Shown here one piece after another: positions 9,934 through 20,020 of a stretch of 64,000 nucleotides of DNA. The stretch is from positions 32,001 through 96,000 of the forward strand of contig CAWAKC010000010.1 of assembly GCA_963782525.1 (NCBI GenBank), given 5' to 3'. The notes beneath the pieces are model-generated. The model saw only the letters and a program-made list of their open reading frames with translations, was not told the DNA's origin and made no database searches. Both the position numbers and the translations under genes were made by a program. The number at the start of each line of letters is the position of its first letter. The first letter of the stretch is position 1. This DNA comes from Candidatus Bathyarchaeota archaeon. Lineage in GTDB: Archaea > Thermoproteota > Bathyarchaeia > Bathyarchaeales > Bathycorpusculaceae.

Positions 9934-10746
9934 ATGAAAGTATCACAATCGCTCAGAGACTTAGTCGAAGGCGCGGAATCCTTAGTCTATATTGAGGATT
10001 TAAGTAGCAAAAAAGGTGTATTGCAGTCCATAAACCCCTTAGCTAAACTAATAGCCATAGTCTCGATGATTGTGGCATCCCTCTGCATTTTTAATCTATC
10101 TTATTTAGTCGTAATTTGCGTAGTTCCAATTATCTTAGCGGTTTCGTCTAGGATTCCTCTAAAGCACTTCTTTTCAAGGACATCTCTTATTCCATTCTTT
10201 GCAGCAGTAATCTCCATACCCGTATTGTTCTTAACTTATGGTTCACCCATTTTATCAGCCAACGTTGGCGTAACCACCCTGACAATAACCTCCGAGGGCT
10301 TAGCGCGTTTCCTTGTTTTTACAGTTAGGGTTTGGTTCTGCGTAGCATCCCTCACATTACTAATACTGTCAACTGGGTTTGATAAAATGCTAAAACTCCT
10401 GTCCACCATAAAAGTACCTGCTGTCGTTGTGCAACTTTTTGCTTTAACTTATCGTTACTTCTTTGTCTCAATACATGAAGCCCAAAGCGTTTTGATGGCT
10501 AAAGAATCCCGAACCTACGTTCACAAAAGAACCATAAACATGCAAGCGCTTCGGGACTTAGGAACTATTCTGGCCACTTTATTCATCCGCACTTATGAAC
10601 GTTCAGAGCGGGTATATTTAGCGATGAAAGCTCGTGGCTTCGAAATAGACAACAGCGCCAAGTTATCAATGCCTGCCTTCCGTTTCAGAGACATATTTTT
10701 TGCGTCATCATTAATAATTTCGTTTGCGTTACTTGCCCTGTTATAG
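9934..10746 (+). CDS. cbiQ: ECF transporter T component CbiQ
   Basis: RYF, ESR and ERVYLAMKARGF motifs. Confidence 0.92.
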   Translation: MKVSQSLRDLVEGAESLVYIEDLSSKKGVLQSINPLAKLIAIVSMIVASLCIFNLSYLVVICVVPIILAVSSRIPLKHFFSRTSLIPFFAAVISIPVLFLTYGSPILSANVGVTTLTITSEGLARFLVFTVRVWFCVASLTLLILSTGFDKMLKLLSTIKVPAVVVQLFALTYRYFFVSIHEAQSVLMAKESRTYVHKRTINMQALRDLGTILATLFIRTYERSERVYLAMKARGFEIDNSAKLSMPAFRFRDIFFASSLIISFALLALL

Positions 10747-10759
10747 AAGGTCCATCTAT

Positions 10760-11593
10760 ATGGCCGAATCAATTGTCTCAGTGAAAGATGTGAAATTTAC
10801 TTATCCAGCAGGTGTTAGTGCACTCAAGGGTGTGTCGCTTGAGATTGGGCACGGCGAGCGTGTAGCCCTTTTGGGTCCGAATGGTTCGGGGAAATCCACT
10901 TTAATTCTTCTAATAGCTGGGTTGTTGATGCCCAGCAAAGGGGAAATCAAGGTTTTCGGTGAACCAACCACTTCAAAGAATTTTCAGAAATTCCGCTCGC
11001 GAATAGGCGTCGTCTTCCAGGATCCCGACGACCAACTCTTCACCCCAAGCGTAATAGAAGATATCGAATATGGTCCCAAAAACCTCAAACTCCCCGAAGA
11101 CGACATCAAGGAGAGAAGTGCGCATGTACTGGGTAAAATGGGTATTGAGCATTTGAAGGATCGACCGCCGCATAGGCTAAGTTTTGGGGAGAAAAAGAAG
11201 GTGTCTTTGGCTACGGCTTTGGTTTTGAAGCCAGAACTATTGATTTTAGATGAGCCCACTGCGAATCTTGACCTTGTTTCTCGAAGAGGTTTAATTGAAA
11301 CGTTGAATGAGTTAAACAAGGCAGGCACAACCATAATCGTTTCAACGCATGACGTTGAAGCGTTGCCAGAGTTAGCAGACAGAATAATTGTAATTAGTCA
11401 CGGTGCAATGTTTGGCGAAGGGGGGACTTCTGAGGTTTTGCAGGATTTGAAGCTTCTCGGATCTGCTGGCTTGGAGCCGCCTTCTATCGCTAAACTCTTC
11501 TCCGAGCTGAAAGCTGCAGGGCTCGTTAAGGAAATACCCATCACAATAAGTGCTGGTTTGCGGGAATTATGCGATCTGTTGAAGAAAGAATAA
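10760..11593 (+). CDS. cbiO: ECF transporter ATPase CbiO
   Basis: GPNGSGKST, VFQDPDDQLF, LSFGEKK, LDEPT. Confidence 0.93.
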   Translation: MAESIVSVKDVKFTYPAGVSALKGVSLEIGHGERVALLGPNGSGKSTLILLIAGLLMPSKGEIKVFGEPTTSKNFQKFRSRIGVVFQDPDDQLFTPSVIEDIEYGPKNLKLPEDDIKERSAHVLGKMGIEHLKDRPPHRLSFGEKKKVSLATALVLKPELLILDEPTANLDLVSRRGLIETLNELNKAGTTIIVSTHDVEALPELADRIIVISHGAMFGEGGTSEVLQDLKLLGSAGLEPPSIAKLFSELKAAGLVKEIPITISAGLRELCDLLKKE

Positions 11594-11609
11594 CGTTCTA
11601 ACGGTATTT

Positions 11610-12020
11610 TTAGACGGCCACGATCATTGTTTTGAGGATTTTTACGCCTTTTTTTGTGGCAAGTTCATCGCTTAGTTTACGGATTTCGGAAGCTTTGCCT
11701 TTTACGGCTATTGCTTCTAGGCAGTCGCGTTCGCTAATGTGAAGGTGTAGCGTTGAAGATATAATCGTGGAATGTTGATGTTGCGCTTCGGTAAGTTTGG
11801 TTTCTAGTCCTATGGCATCGTGATCGTAGACCATCAGCAGTATACCAGTTTGGATTGCGTTTTCATTTTCTTGGATCCATTTTCTTTCTGAAACGAAAAG
11901 CGTAACTGCATCTTGGATTGCTTTGGAGCGGCTCGCATAGCCCATTTTGCTAATTATTTGATCGAAGTCATTGAGAAGCTCTGGAGGAAATGTTACTCCG
12001 ACTCGCGTTATTTTAGTCAT
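11610..12020 (-). CDS. nikR: nickel-responsive regulator NikR
   Basis: RHH N-terminus (RVGVT, SRSKAI) and C-terminal QH..HLH...CLE nickel site. Confidence 0.95.
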   Translation of the reverse strand: MTKITRVGVTFPPELLNDFDQIISKMGYASRSKAIQDAVTLFVSERKWIQENENAIQTGILLMVYDHDAIGLETKLTEAQHQHSTIISSTLHLHISERDCLEAIAVKGKASEIRKLSDELATKKGVKILKTMIVAV

Positions 12021-12542
12021 GTGAATCGAAATTATAGGTAAAGAGTTTGCCTAAAAGCTTTTTCAATCGAACGGTAATAGTTTTCCTTTTTCAATATTCC
12101 CTTAGTTTCTGGGATTTTCCCTCGCCACCCAAACCTTGGCTTCCTCAAGTAGTCTATTCTGAGAATTTTTTTGCAAAAACTTGTGTGACTTTAATTTCAA
12201 GGTGCCCTGCAGTACTTTTTTCAGGTTTTGATCAAGAAGCAGTAGTCTCAACCTGCCTCGTAACGTGGACCATTAGCAAAGCCTGCAACACTCGCTTTAC
12301 AAGCCCCTGCCTTTCGGGTTCTCCTTATGAATGCGCTTCTAAAATCTCCAATTCTTTAACCCGCAGGAAAAACATAGATGCCTTGACTTAATAATACATG
12401 AAATTATAATTGTAGAATTCGGTTCACACAAAACTACAGCTATCAGGATTGGTCACATAAAATCAGATCTATAATGAGAAACCTCTTGGAATTTAGGTAG
12501 CTTTAAAAGTATTGAGAATCGGTTCTTAGAGGTTGACCGTTC

Positions 12543-13802
12543 ATGCCTCTGGAAAATCACAATAATCAATATGACAAACTCGAACATTGGCCTCCAATGA
12601 CATACAGAAATCTCTCAACCATCACTTCTGGGACTAAAGATGCCTTTATCGGCCTGCTTGAAACAGAAAACAAATCTAAACACAATATGGAATTGCAGCC
12701 GTGGATTCCATTCTGTGACGGCAAATGCACTTTCTGCTATTTCCCAGTAAACTGCGACAAGCAAAAAGTCGACCTATACATTCAAACGTTGAAAAAAGCG
12801 TTGAGTTTCTACGCTAAAAGTCGTTATGTTAAATCAAGCGTCTTTAGCGAGTTTTACATAGGAGGAGGAAGTCCATCTGTCCTTTCTGGAATCCAAATAG
12901 AAGAAATTCTTCGTTTTTGCAAAGAAAAATTCAGCTTCAATTCCAACTCTACCACCAAGTTCACCGCCTGCACTAACAATCTTACCGAAGAAAAAATCCA
13001 ACTTTTTTCTTCAAATGCGGTCGACCAATTGGACATAGGAATCCAAACCTTTAATGAGAGTCTTCGCAAGATTCTCATGCTCCGTGATAGTAGCACAAAT
13101 GCCAAGCAAAAACTCAAAGAAGTTAAGAAACATGGATTGCATGTTAGTATAGACTTGCTCTATAACCTACCAGGACAATCGATGGAACAATGGAAAGAAG
13201 ACTTGCGTCAATCGGTTGAATTAAACCTAGAAAGCGTTGATTGCTATCCTTTGGAGTTGTACCCTGGCACGCCGCTTGCAAACAGAATTGCCGCAGGAGA
13301 GCTACCGCCTGCTAATGGCGATGGGAAAGAACTTGAAATGTACCTTGAAGCATACTGCTTTTTCAAAGAAAACGGTTACGCTCCTACTTGCCATAATAGG
13401 TTTTCAAGGCTCAAAGAAGACTTCGACAAGCCGTCTTCGGAAGTAATTGGTACGGGAGCGGGCTTTTTCATGGGGCGTTTAGGAAGCTATCTATATTCAG
13501 ATATAGAAAACGTTGAAGAATACGTTGCTGCTGTTCAAAAGGGTGGTTTACCAGTTTCTAAGCTTGCTGAGCTTTCTTTGGAAGATGAAATGAGAACGGC
13601 TATGATGCTGATTTATGTTCGTGTTCCTGTAGATCGTGGAGAATTCAAGTCTCAGTTCGGCAAGTTTCCCGAAGAAGCCTTTCCAAAAGCTATTGATAAA
13701 CTCCAACGTATTGGGCTAATAAAGGTAGAAGATAATAAAATACGCTTAACTGAGAAAGGCGACCCGTGGAGATTCAATATCGCGTGGGAGTTCTTTAAGT
13801 AA
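12543..13802 (+). CDS. HemN/coproporphyrinogen III oxidase-like radical SAM protein
   Basis: IPFCDGKCTFC CxxxCxxC, GGGSPS, GIQTF, DLLYNLPGQ motifs. Confidence 0.9.
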   Translation: MPLENHNNQYDKLEHWPPMTYRNLSTITSGTKDAFIGLLETENKSKHNMELQPWIPFCDGKCTFCYFPVNCDKQKVDLYIQTLKKALSFYAKSRYVKSSVFSEFYIGGGSPSVLSGIQIEEILRFCKEKFSFNSNSTTKFTACTNNLTEEKIQLFSSNAVDQLDIGIQTFNESLRKILMLRDSSTNAKQKLKEVKKHGLHVSIDLLYNLPGQSMEQWKEDLRQSVELNLESVDCYPLELYPGTPLANRIAAGELPPANGDGKELEMYLEAYCFFKENGYAPTCHNRFSRLKEDFDKPSSEVIGTGAGFFMGRLGSYLYSDIENVEEYVAAVQKGGLPVSKLAELSLEDEMRTAMMLIYVRVPVDRGEFKSQFGKFPEEAFPKAIDKLQRIGLIKVEDNKIRLTEKGDPWRFNIAWEFFK

Positions 13803-13875
13803 GGATTTGGACGGAAACTCTGGCATAAAAGAAGACTCAGAAAAACTGAAATATTGTAATCGAGAATGGTACTGT

Positions 13876-14205
13876 TTACCGTTTTGGGTTAGCAACAATC
13901 CATTTTACGTTATCAAACCCATACCTTGCCAGTAGCGGCGCTAAAAAATTTGGCAGAACCTCGTCTGCTACCTCGCCCAAAACTACGGTGTCGCCTTCCT
14001 GATAAACCAGCGCTACACAGGAGATATCTTTTTGGTGTTCGTATTTAGATAGGATTTGCCAGTATTTTTCTATGCCTTTGCCTTTCTGGATGATCCAGAC
14101 GCATTTGTCGTTAGATGTTTCTTCTTCAAATGTGTTGAATGCGCGGACGACTTCAGCTACAGTGTTTGGGGTTTGGGCTGTTTTGACGCAGAACCAGATT
14201 GTCAT
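13876..14205 (-). CDS. hypothetical protein
   Basis: 109 aa ORF with ATG start and normal composition. Confidence 0.75.
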   Translation of the reverse strand: MTIWFCVKTAQTPNTVAEVVRAFNTFEEETSNDKCVWIIQKGKGIEKYWQILSKYEHQKDISCVALVYQEGDTVVLGEVADEVLPNFLAPLLARYGFDNVKWIVANPKR

Positions 14206-14250
14206 GTAATCCCTATCGCAAATAAAGTTGACCGGCTTATTTGTTTCCTA

Positions 14251-14650
14251 TCAAACTTTTTTTCGCTTTGGTCTATTGATGGACCCCTGAATTCTTTTTC
14301 CTATGAAAACTATTGCAAGGATCGCTAAGCCAACTAGAACGATGGTTTCACCAGGCGCCGCATCTAAGATTACTGATGCCAATATACCGAATATTACTGT
14401 GATTAGGCCAATTATCGGTGAAAGTATAACCGTTTGTCTAAAAGATTTTGTAAGTTGAGGGCTGATTAGCGCCGGTAAGATAAGAAGTGCTGAAATCAAG
14501 AGCACACCAACTATAGGTATGGCAATAATTATGGCTACTCCAGCAAGAATGCTTAAGAGATAGTCAAAAACCCACGTCTTGATTCCTGCAGCTCGTGCCT
14601 GAGTTTCATCAAAAGTTATGTAAACCATTTCCTTGAAGAATACAAAAAAA
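14251..14650 (-). pseudogene. truncated ZnuB-type metal ABC permease (3' half)
   Basis: FKEMVYITFDE..A...G and IVGVLLISALLILPA motifs; the N-terminal half is missing. Confidence 0.8.
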
Positions 14651-14912
14651 CTTGAAGAACTAAAGGGAAATATAACCGCCACTATTTCAGTTCTATATAA
14701 CAAGGAAGAAAAAACGAGGAACTTTTCAAACTTCAACATGAATTTAGCGATGTGATTACAGCATATCTCCATTCACATCTTACTGAAACTAGCTGTCTTG
14801 AAGTTATGGTAATCAAAGGCTCTTCCAACCGGTTGAAAGGATTGATTGATGGGCTGAAGGCCAACAAACCCGTTAAACAAATTAAATTCTCCGTATGACA
14901 ACAGATGAATAA
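14650..14912 (+). pseudogene. truncated, frameshifted NikR/CopG-family regulator (C-terminal domain)
   Basis: Translates LEELKGNITATISVLY / LQHEFSDVITAYLHSHLTETSCLEVMVIKG; the RHH domain is absent. Confidence 0.75.
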
Positions 14913-15221
14913 GAAGTAGTTTAGCTCAGTTTCCTTTCTGTTTCCCCCCAAAACCTCTATTGTGAAGCTACCTAATGCCCCGTTCCAACTTCGCCTCTCT
15001 ACTTAACATTGACAAGCTGCAAACACTCAGTAGCTTAGACTACAGTGTGCAACCACCCATACGCATAGCCTTTTCTAATCGTGTGTTATAGAAAATAGAT
15101 AAGGAAGCCTCAAACATAAAAGGTCAAGAAGCGAATGGGTGGAACCACATTTTGAAAACATGCTCTTTTGTCCTTCAGAAATAGAAGCTAACCTCTCTGA
15201 AAAAGGAATTAGATTTTACGG

Positions 15222-17321
15222 CTACATTTCTTGATGCTCATGAGTTGAAACTTGACTTTTTGCAACTGTTCCCGACTTAGTTTTAGATTCATATCGCTGC
15301 AAAGTCTGACTATTAATTGCCACCAATACCGTGCTAAGCGACATAAATATCGCCCCAACAGCAGGATCAATGACCACCCCTATACTAGTTAATACCCCTG
15401 CGGCCAGAGGAATGGCAAAAATGTTGTAGCCTGCTGCCCACCAGAGATTCTGAACCATCTTCGAATATGTTTTCTTTGAAAGCTCCATTACCCTCGGGAC
15501 ATCCAAAGGACTATTCCTTACAAGAATTATGTCAGCGCTCTCGACAGCAACATCAGTTCCAGCGCCTATTGCAATTCCTACATCCGCTGTTACCAAAGCC
15601 GGAGCATCGTTAATGCCATCCCCAACCATCGCCACCTTGTAACCCTGATCTTTCAACGACTTTATTTTCTCTGCTTTCTGATTAGGCAAGACCTGTGCAA
15701 AATAATTGTCAATGCCCAGCTTCTTTGAGACGCCTCTTGCAACCTCCTCAGCATCGCCAGTCAACATGTAGACTTTGACTCCTTTAGCTTTCAACTCCTG
15801 AACAGCCACTCGTGATTCTTCTCGAATCTTGTCGGCAAGAGCGAAGGCGCCTACAAGTTTTCTATTAACAACACTGAAAACAACAGTCTTGCCCTCACCT
15901 TGCAGCTCAACAAGTTTTTCGTCAGTTACCTCAATATTTAATTCTTTTAAAAGATTTGGGCTCCCAACATAAACATTGTTTGTTCCAACTTTTGCCTGTG
16001 CCCCTTTTCCTGGGATAGCTTTAAAATCTGAGGCCTTGGGAATTGCGATTTTCTTCATCCGAGTATGCTCAACGATAGCTTTTGCGATTATGTGCTCAGA
16101 GTTTTGTTCCACGGCAGCAGTCAAGCTGAGCAGGTCATCTTCCGAAATATATGAAACAACGTCAGTAACGCCAAACTGGCCCGTGGTCAAAGTGCCTGTC
16201 TTGTCAAAAACCACTGCGTTCACGTCTTTGATTTCTTCAAAGGCTCTTCGGTCTCTGATTAGAATCCCTCTTTTAGCTGTAATCGAAGTTGAAATAGCCA
16301 CAACCAAAGGAATCGCTAATCCCATTGCGTGAGGGCAAGCTATGACTAAGACTGTTACCGCTCGTGTGAGTGCAAACTGAGTGTTCCCCAAGGAAAACCA
16401 AACCAAGAACGTTATCAATCCAACTGTTACAGCAACGTAAAAGAGAAGTGCTGCTGCTCGGTTTGCCAAGTCCTGTGTTCGTGATTTGCTTTCCTGCGCC
16501 TGTCTGACCAGCTTTATAACCTGGGACAAGTATGTTTCCTCGCCGGTTTTTTCGATTATTGTTCTGAGCACGCCTTCTCCGTTTATTGCTCCGCCTATTA
16601 CCTTGTCCTTAGTTTGTTTGTGAACAGGTTTAGATTCCCCCGTGAGTAGGGATTCGTTCACGAACGATTCCCCTTCAACCACGATGCCATCTGAAGGAGT
16701 TTTCTCACCTGGTCGAATCAAAACAACATCGCCCACCTTCAACTCTGAAACGGGCACATCAACAATTTCCCCGTTCTTCACCAAATGAGCCAAAGTAGGC
16801 ATTATTTTCACAAGTTCTTCAAGCGCTCTTGAAGCGCCAAGAACACTCCTAGCCTCAATCCAGTGTCCGAGAAGCATTACATCAATTAGGGTGGCGAGTT
16901 CCCAGAAAAAGTCGCTTCCAACAGGGAAAAACACTGTTGCAGCCGAAAAGAAAAAAGCCACTGAGATAGCCGTGCTAATAAGAGTCATCATTCCGGGCTG
17001 AAGCTTCCTCACTTCTTCCGTCAGCCCTTTCAAGAAGGGCAAACCGCCATAAACGTAAATGACTGCGGCTAACAGTAGGAGAATATACGCTTGATAGGGT
17101 ATTGTAATAGTAAAATGAAACCATGTTTGAATGGTTTCCGAAAGAAGCAGAACAGGAATGGTGAGAGCGAGGCAAACAAAAAATCTTCTCTTAAACATTC
17201 CTGTATGCATCATGTGTCCAGATGGTTCATGCTTCATTCCCTGCATGGTTTGATTAGGCATTTTATGGTCCATTCCAGTATGTATGCTGTGGTCTGAAGC
17301 TTCGTTCTTCATTTCTCGCAT
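15222..17321 (-). CDS. copB: copper-translocating P1B-3 ATPase
   Basis: His/Met-rich N-terminus, CPH in the TM motif, DKTGT, GDGINDAP, YN and MSLST. Confidence 0.93.
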   Translation of the reverse strand: MREMKNEASDHSIHTGMDHKMPNQTMQGMKHEPSGHMMHTGMFKRRFFVCLALTIPVLLLSETIQTWFHFTITIPYQAYILLLLAAVIYVYGGLPFLKGLTEEVRKLQPGMMTLISTAISVAFFFSAATVFFPVGSDFFWELATLIDVMLLGHWIEARSVLGASRALEELVKIMPTLAHLVKNGEIVDVPVSELKVGDVVLIRPGEKTPSDGIVVEGESFVNESLLTGESKPVHKQTKDKVIGGAINGEGVLRTIIEKTGEETYLSQVIKLVRQAQESKSRTQDLANRAAALLFYVAVTVGLITFLVWFSLGNTQFALTRAVTVLVIACPHAMGLAIPLVVAISTSITAKRGILIRDRRAFEEIKDVNAVVFDKTGTLTTGQFGVTDVVSYISEDDLLSLTAAVEQNSEHIIAKAIVEHTRMKKIAIPKASDFKAIPGKGAQAKVGTNNVYVGSPNLLKELNIEVTDEKLVELQGEGKTVVFSVVNRKLVGAFALADKIREESRVAVQELKAKGVKVYMLTGDAEEVARGVSKKLGIDNYFAQVLPNQKAEKIKSLKDQGYKVAMVGDGINDAPALVTADVGIAIGAGTDVAVESADIILVRNSPLDVPRVMELSKKTYSKMVQNLWWAAGYNIFAIPLAAGVLTSIGVVIDPAVGAIFMSLSTVLVAINSQTLQRYESKTKSGTVAKSQVSTHEHQEM

Positions 17322-17391
17322 GTTTTTTCCTCATGTCTATTGTGATTTTCACGTTTCAAAATTCATCAGGTTTCGTGCATTGTTATAGGTG

Positions 17392-17583
17392 TTATTTTTT
17401 CTTTGGCACAGAGGGTAATTCTGGAAGATAAACAGCTTTTTTGGATATCTCTACGCTGCAAGAACCAGGATGAGCTTTGCAGTAGTCTTCACAGTCTTGA
17501 GCTGTTTTCTTCTCTGCGTATCCAAGACCACAAATATCACAGAGAAAAACTGTTCTATCTCCAATCTTTTTTTCTGTAACCAA
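17392..17583 (-). CDS. small Cys-rich metal-binding protein upstream of copB
   Basis: CDIC...CEDYCKAH...C pattern, 63 aa. Confidence 0.75.
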   Translation of the reverse strand: MVTEKKIGDRTVFLCDICGLGYAEKKTAQDCEDYCKAHPGSCSVEISKKAVYLPELPSVPKKK

Positions 17584-17745
17584 AAGCAGACATCCCTAAA
17601 AAATAATTAATGTTAAACGTATTTAAAAATACTCAACAAATCAATTAACTGTAGTGGCCAAATTTACACTTTGTACTTAAGATCAAGAAGCGAGATGCAG
17701 ACTACACTCGAGACTGTTTAGTCAAAAGTGTATTTACCGATAATT

Positions 17746-18384
17746 TCAGCGCGCGGCAGCAACCCATTCGGAGAGAAGTACTTCGTTAGTGTTTCCAAAT
17801 TCCTTGACAGTGACGATGCCCCGTTGGGCAAATCGAGCTATTATTCGGTGTGTTTTGAGTCTGCTAAGACCTGCTTCTTTTACCACATATTTTTGAAGGT
17901 ATTTTCCTTGATGGGTAACTAAAACATTTAGAACTTTCTGTTCTTCAGGCGTCATAGTCCTTAGCAGTAAACTGCATGTGTTGGGTTCAACCGGCGAATT
18001 AACAACTAATCCTGCATCACTTTTAGCTGACTCCACTAAAACACTGTTTGCATTTGGCAGTTCACAGGTTCTCTTGACGTACCTGAGTTGAGGAAATGCT
18101 AAGTAAAAAGCTACCCCAATTACCGATACAGCCACGACGACGATTAATGCAACAGGAACTATCCAAAGATAGGACGTTGTTGTTCCATTGCCTGTGCCCA
18201 TCATTCCGCCCATTCCCCCATAGTTTCCGTTCGACCCTACGTGGGGACCCCACATTTGACTCATCCAACTTGACCCGTAATAAGACGGCGCTGTAGCGGC
18301 TAAATACCAGCCAACTAACGCAAGCGTCAGTAAAACACCCAGCGTAATTATGAAAATGGTGAGAAATACGTGCAATTTTTGCAT
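17746..18384 (-). CDS. membrane-anchored winged-helix transcription regulator
   Basis: Two TM helices with a GGMGGMMG loop; C-terminal wHTH (QKYVVKEAGLSRLKTHRIIARF..RG.V....GNTN). Confidence 0.8.
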   Translation of the reverse strand: MQKLHVFLTIFIITLGVLLTLALVGWYLAATAPSYYGSSWMSQMWGPHVGSNGNYGGMGGMMGTGNGTTTSYLWIVPVALIVVVAVSVIGVAFYLAFPQLRYVKRTCELPNANSVLVESAKSDAGLVVNSPVEPNTCSLLLRTMTPEEQKVLNVLVTHQGKYLQKYVVKEAGLSRLKTHRIIARFAQRGIVTVKEFGNTNEVLLSEWVAAAR

Positions 18385-18465
18385 GTTAAAGAAAATCTCT
18401 TAGCTGCACTTTAAGTTTTACCCAGGAAAACCTTTCTTTCAAACTATTAATCATCAATGAGGAAT

Positions 18466-18504
18466 TGTTTCAAGACTGTTTCATAATTGTTTCAGCGAAC
18501 TACC
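18466..18504 (+). promoter_or_regulatory. triple TGTTTCA direct-repeat box (11-bp period), copy 1
   Basis: TGTTTCA at 18466, 18477 and 18488; near-identical block at 19942. Confidence 0.7.
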
Positions 18505-18541
18505 ATAAGGCTCTATGCGCATATTGTAATATGGTGATGAA

Positions 18542-18838
18542 ATGCAAAAAACAAAAGTAATAATCGCCTTGGTCGTCGTTGCAGCATTAACGTTGACCAT
18601 AGTGGGATTAGCCTCAGCCCAAGTAGCCGCCAGCCAAACCAATACTGGCACAAGCCCCAATAATGGTTACTTTGGGTGGATTGGTAACTGTTTCGGATTA
18701 AGAAACAGCCAGCCATACGCCAACCAGTATGTCGCTCCACCAGCTGGCGCAAACAGCCAAGTTCCCCCACAAAGTCAAAGCAACGGTAACTACTATGGAT
18801 TTGGATCGTGCTGGGCACGATTTAACCAAAGCCCATAA
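18542..18838 (+). CDS. small exported Gly/Tyr/Asn-rich protein
   Basis: Signal peptide, GWIGNCFG and GFGSCW motifs, GGTGA SD. Confidence 0.8.
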   Translation: MQKTKVIIALVVVAALTLTIVGLASAQVAASQTNTGTSPNNGYFGWIGNCFGLRNSQPYANQYVAPPAGANSQVPPQSQSNGNYYGFGSCWARFNQSP

Positions 18839-18956
18839 ACTCTTTTTTTATTAAAATTCAATGTATTAAAAAACGGAAAACAGAAAAAGTTTTTTTATTC
18901 TCTTTAAATCAGAAAATAGCAATCTTTAATTTTGAGTTTTAGTTAACCCTACTTTC

Positions 18957-19715
18957 GTGCGAGAAAATCAATTTCTTATTCTGATATTGTCGGCAACTTC
19001 TGTTATTTTGTTACTCATGGCTTACTTGTTAGTTGATTCCAGTACTGCACAGATGATGATGAGTCCTACTCCTGCGCCCACTCCCACGACAAATAACTCG
19101 GTAGTCTCATTTGTCTTAATTGGGGTAGCCATCATTGTATCCCTAGCAGTTGTTGTCATTTATTTTTTCTATTCAAGAAACAAAAATAAAAAAATAGGCA
19201 GATTTTCTGAATCCAAATCTACGATAATCATCGGAAGGCAACCCACAATTGATTTAAAAACAGATACCGGCGATAAAGTCTCAAGACCTTTCGATGTCTT
19301 TTTATGCTACAAGAAGAGTTCCGGAAAAGATTACGCTGACCATTTAAAAGCAGGTTTAGAGGAGCTTGGGTTGCACACGTTCGAGGACTGTAAAGATATC
19401 CCTCAGACTGTTGACACAGAAGAAGGTTGGGCATGTTCTCGAGATAAAGCGTTGGAGGAAAGCAAATATTTTGTTCTCATTATGACTCCTGGCTTTGATT
19501 TGTCACGTGAGGTGACTAATGAAATTCGCATGGCAAGAAAACAAACCAATAAGATTTTTGTTTATTTTAGGCATCGAAGCATGGGCAGAAACATAATAGT
19601 TAATTTGGGGGATGAGGCTTTCGATATTGGAAAGCTCGAACAAGTATCTTTTGAGACCAAAGAAGAGCTGTTACGGCTTGCGCATGGCATACTTTTAAAA
19701 GCTAAGACTCCGTAG
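18957..19715 (+). CDS. membrane-anchored TIR domain protein
   Basis: Two TM helices, then FDVFLCY..SSGKDYA..L...L...GL..F.D, FVLIMTP and S..V..E motifs of TIR. Confidence 0.8.
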   Translation: MRENQFLILILSATSVILLLMAYLLVDSSTAQMMMSPTPAPTPTTNNSVVSFVLIGVAIIVSLAVVVIYFFYSRNKNKKIGRFSESKSTIIIGRQPTIDLKTDTGDKVSRPFDVFLCYKKSSGKDYADHLKAGLEELGLHTFEDCKDIPQTVDTEEGWACSRDKALEESKYFVLIMTPGFDLSREVTNEIRMARKQTNKIFVYFRHRSMGRNIIVNLGDEAFDIGKLEQVSFETKEELLRLAHGILLKAKTP

Positions 19716-19941
19716 GTTCCATTAATTTATAACTTGAGTTATAGCCTTGTTTTGTAGCTTCGGTGTTTTCTTGCACAGCATAACACCTCACTTCGTAAGG
19801 ATGCTGCTTTCTATGGTATTTCAGAATTACGTAAGAAAGGCCTATAAGCCTGTTATATTCTATATTAGAGTATTAGAATGTGTGTGATGGTTTAAGGTTG
19901 AAACCGAGGCCGAGAAGGATGTTAACTCAGCCTTCCACAAG

Positions 19942-19984
19942 CGTTTCAAAACTGTTTCATATCTGTTTCAGCCAACTATCATAT
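19942..19984 (+). promoter_or_regulatory. triple TGTTTCA direct-repeat box, copy 2
   Basis: (C/T)GTTTCA at 19942, 19953 and 19964, followed by GCCAACTATCATA. Confidence 0.7.
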
Positions 19985-20020
19985 CATTCGAATACCATAA
20001 TATCAGTAAAGGTGAAATGA

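Noticed and set aside
12047-12391. 114-aa ORF divergent from nikR
   Set aside because: No motif or clear SD; other frames contain stops; likely spurious or decayed sequence.
14650-14772. N-terminal part of ORF 14251-14772
   Set aside because: It is the antisense of the nikR-like remnant, not genuine permease sequence.
18957-19715. Complete Thoeris or CBASS system
   Set aside because: No ThsA, CD-NTase or other partner gene lies near the TIR gene.
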